DNA of 53,077 nucleotides, counting the filler, from Basidiobolus ranarum (Eukaryota), in assembly GCA_040143965.1 (NCBI GenBank). It is 3 parts of 3 records of this genome, joined end to end, with 100 filler letters (N's around TTAATTAATTAA, not from the genome) between each part and the next. Parts side by side here need not be neighbours in the genome. Positions count along the whole stretch, not along the records: positions 35,468 to 53,077 come from JASJQH010000299.1; 2 more parts are not named here. One strand, written 5' to 3'. Of this stretch, positions 50,801 to 53,077 are shown in pieces (the stretch's first letter is position 1; each line of letters opens with the position of its first letter). The position numbers were made by a program, and so were the translations under genes. Below the pieces are notes generated by a model. The model saw nothing but the letters and a program-made list of their open reading frames with translations, ran no database searches and was not told the DNA's origin.

Positions 50801-51791
50801 CACGGGACTGATTCATGATAGATTTGGCAAAAATACGGCCTTTTCCAACTATCGTGACTTTCTTCCTGTATCAAAATGTACCAAGGTCTGTGGTGTTCAG
50901 TCGAGATCCTCCATTGAATCCAGTTCCAATCAATTCCTTAGTACAGAAGATCCGAAAACCCTTTCGTCCATAGAAGGTACTCCGATACCCATTTGCCATG
51001 TGGTTGAAGAATCTATAAAACCCAACAACAAGCAACGTTGGGGGAAAATACAGCAGCAGATTATTAATAACCCTTTGCTCTCGCTATTTCTTCACCCTTT
51101 CACCAATTCTTCAGGCCCAGTAAGTGAAGATCTAGCTGAGGTGCCTCCTAATCCTGGAACACCATGTCGAGAAACTTACCAGGACGATACCGACCCATAC
51201 GAGACATACATTCACCCCGACTTCATTCGACCATTGCCAAAGAGTCTATGGCTACCAAAAAACCCCTTGAAAAAGCTTCACGATTTAGATAGTGATACAA
51301 TAGAAGTTAAAACAGTCTTGAGCTCCAGTCTATTGGAGATAACATCGGCTCAGACCGATAACGACATAGCTCATACTACAGTTAACAATAAGTCAACATT
51401 TGCACTTGGATACTTGGGGCAATCGCTTCCTCGAAGAGTAAAGTCAAATCTCAGTACACATGAAAATGCTCGACGAGGACATAGAATTCGGCAGCCTAGC
51501 AAAGTGGATTTCAGATATGATGCCATTTTCAATACGCAAACCAACCAGCTGGAACTTGTGAATCGCTCAAAAGCTAGCCTTGATCCGAACTCCAACGAGA
51601 TGGAAAGCTTGAGACTTAGAAGAGATACAAATGGCTTCATAGATGTAATTCGAAGTGGACTTATAAGTATTGGTAATAGAAGTGAAATACTACTTCCTTG
51701 GACTCACAGAAAAGAGTATGAAGAGAAAGAGCAAGATATATTAGAAAGTCGGTCTGTACGTAGTTCAGTCTCCAGCGGACTGAGTATCTAA
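47892..51791 (+). CDS. CSC1/OSCA/TMEM63 (DUF221) family calcium-permeable stress-gated channel; exons 47892-48058, 48129-49271, 49347-49540, 49614-49804, 49887-51791
   Basis: GLDAVMYIRFL, ILMPLN, LWVHW, ARTVIVTHIP, TAFITF, LAPEPRDVLWAN, FFINYV, TPR, YSMINPLIL and YKYQFAFVY motifs. Four GT-AG introns keep frame. Long Ser-rich C-tail containing YIHP and LWLP. Confidence 0.94.
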
Positions 51792-53077
51792 TTTCCATCA
51801 TTCTGCTACTGTGTATTTATTTGACTGCAAGAATTGTCTACGGTGCTTTATGTGTTCGTAGCTCCGTTTAAGGCTAGCTTAGTGGTTACTTTAAAGCATC
51901 CAATGGTTTCAAACATCATTTATTGTATTTATTCCTTCGTCTTATCGTTGCCATATTTAGCATGTGATCAAACCCTCATAATATCATTTAGAGCCATTTA
52001 AGCATACTCCATTTATCATGTATAAGACTGTTCAAATTTTGAGTAAATTTGCGTTGTTATTGAAACTTTTCCTATAGCATCCGAGTCGTCGATCTGGCAC
52101 TCTCGTAAATCGCGTTCTAGATGAAGCATCTTGCCAGTGGAGTTCTAGATTTAACACTTCCCATTATTAGCCTTCAATTAGATCTTGAATTTTGGGGTGA
52201 TTTATATTAAGCAATCAATTGATTATTATTTCTGATAGGTTGCCATGATGAACAAAACATGGACTCAGCCCACCGGAGTAACAAATTTTCTTATAAAATA
52301 GAACTTCGATCCATAAATAGTGAAAGTTATTACTCCGCATATGGACCTTGTCCAAAAATAACCAACAAACGTATTTGTAGCTTCACTGCCCACCAAATCC
52401 ATAATATGAATGTGGAAGTAACAGTGCTAATATTAACAGAGGACAACACAGGGCACGTGTACCATCGATATGGAGTGTATGGTTGAAGCACAACATGGCA
52501 TGAGTTTGAGCGTTCAGTTTCTACATTTCAGCCTGACTCAACCTCATGATTCTCATGTCCAATACAGGGAATAGCGAACCAAGACCTCTCTTTACTTCTA
52601 TCCACAGAGGCGCCATTTATGCAGGCCATTTAAGACTGACTAGGATATACTGGAATACACCCTGCTCTCAATGAGACACTGTACATACAGTTATTCAGAA
52701 GTGTTAGGCACAGTGTATACTCTTACAATAAACTCGAGACATCTTTGCAATAAGCATATGACCATACGATCCATCACGATCATATCTCGTCTCCGATTTG
52801 TTACTTCTAAGCGACCGCCGATACCTTGCTGCGAGACTAGATGCCATCATCGGGAGTCACAGCCTCGATTGAGCAAACCCTATAGTGTCTTGCCAAAATA
52901 AATGTTCTACGATAGAGTCGAATATCGCTTGATTAGTGGACTTGTTCCATTGTGCCAGGATTTATCGGACCTTGGATCAATATATTAGAGTAAATGTGAT
53001 TGACTTTGATCATGCCCGAGGGTGATGGATAGTGCCAAATTGTGCCGCATAAATTTTAGAATACTTTATCCAATATG

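Overview
Eukaryotic, intron-containing genomic DNA with short introns (about 55-95 nt). The gene content (CSL factor, Pls1-type tetraspanin, chitin deacetylases, fungalysin) indicates a fungus, probably early-diverging (Zoopagomycota/Mucoromycota-like; inference only). The window is three contigs joined by artificial 100-nt spacers (44 N + TTAATTAATTAA + 44 N) at 17646-17745 and 35368-35467, so linkage across those points is unproven. Contig 1 (1-17645) holds one intronless CSL/LAG-1 transcription factor among heavily decayed Ty3/Gypsy relics. Contig 2 (17746-35367) holds a truncated GDSL/phospholipase B-like gene, a CBM18+CE4 deacetylase, an SMYD methyltransferase, a probably GPI-anchored CE4 chitin deacetylase, a secreted 10-Cys protein, a ~2,190-aa Bem2-like RasGEF/PH/RhoGAP, a Pls1-like tetraspanin and the 3' part of SMC6. 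Contig 3 (35468-53077) holds an SDR with a GC-AG intron, a small hypothetical protein, an O6-alkylguanine alkyltransferase, an M36 fungalysin, a TMEM14 gene absent from the ORF track and a CSC1/OSCA channel. I found no tRNA, rRNA or CRISPR, and no clearly new multi-gene system. The most unusual signals are an apparently split PH domain bracketing tandem RasGEF modules, a TAGGG motif cluster in a divergent promoter, a 7-Cys CBM18, and CpG-depleted, deletion-compressed retroelement relics. All family calls come from motif recognition by eye, not database searches.
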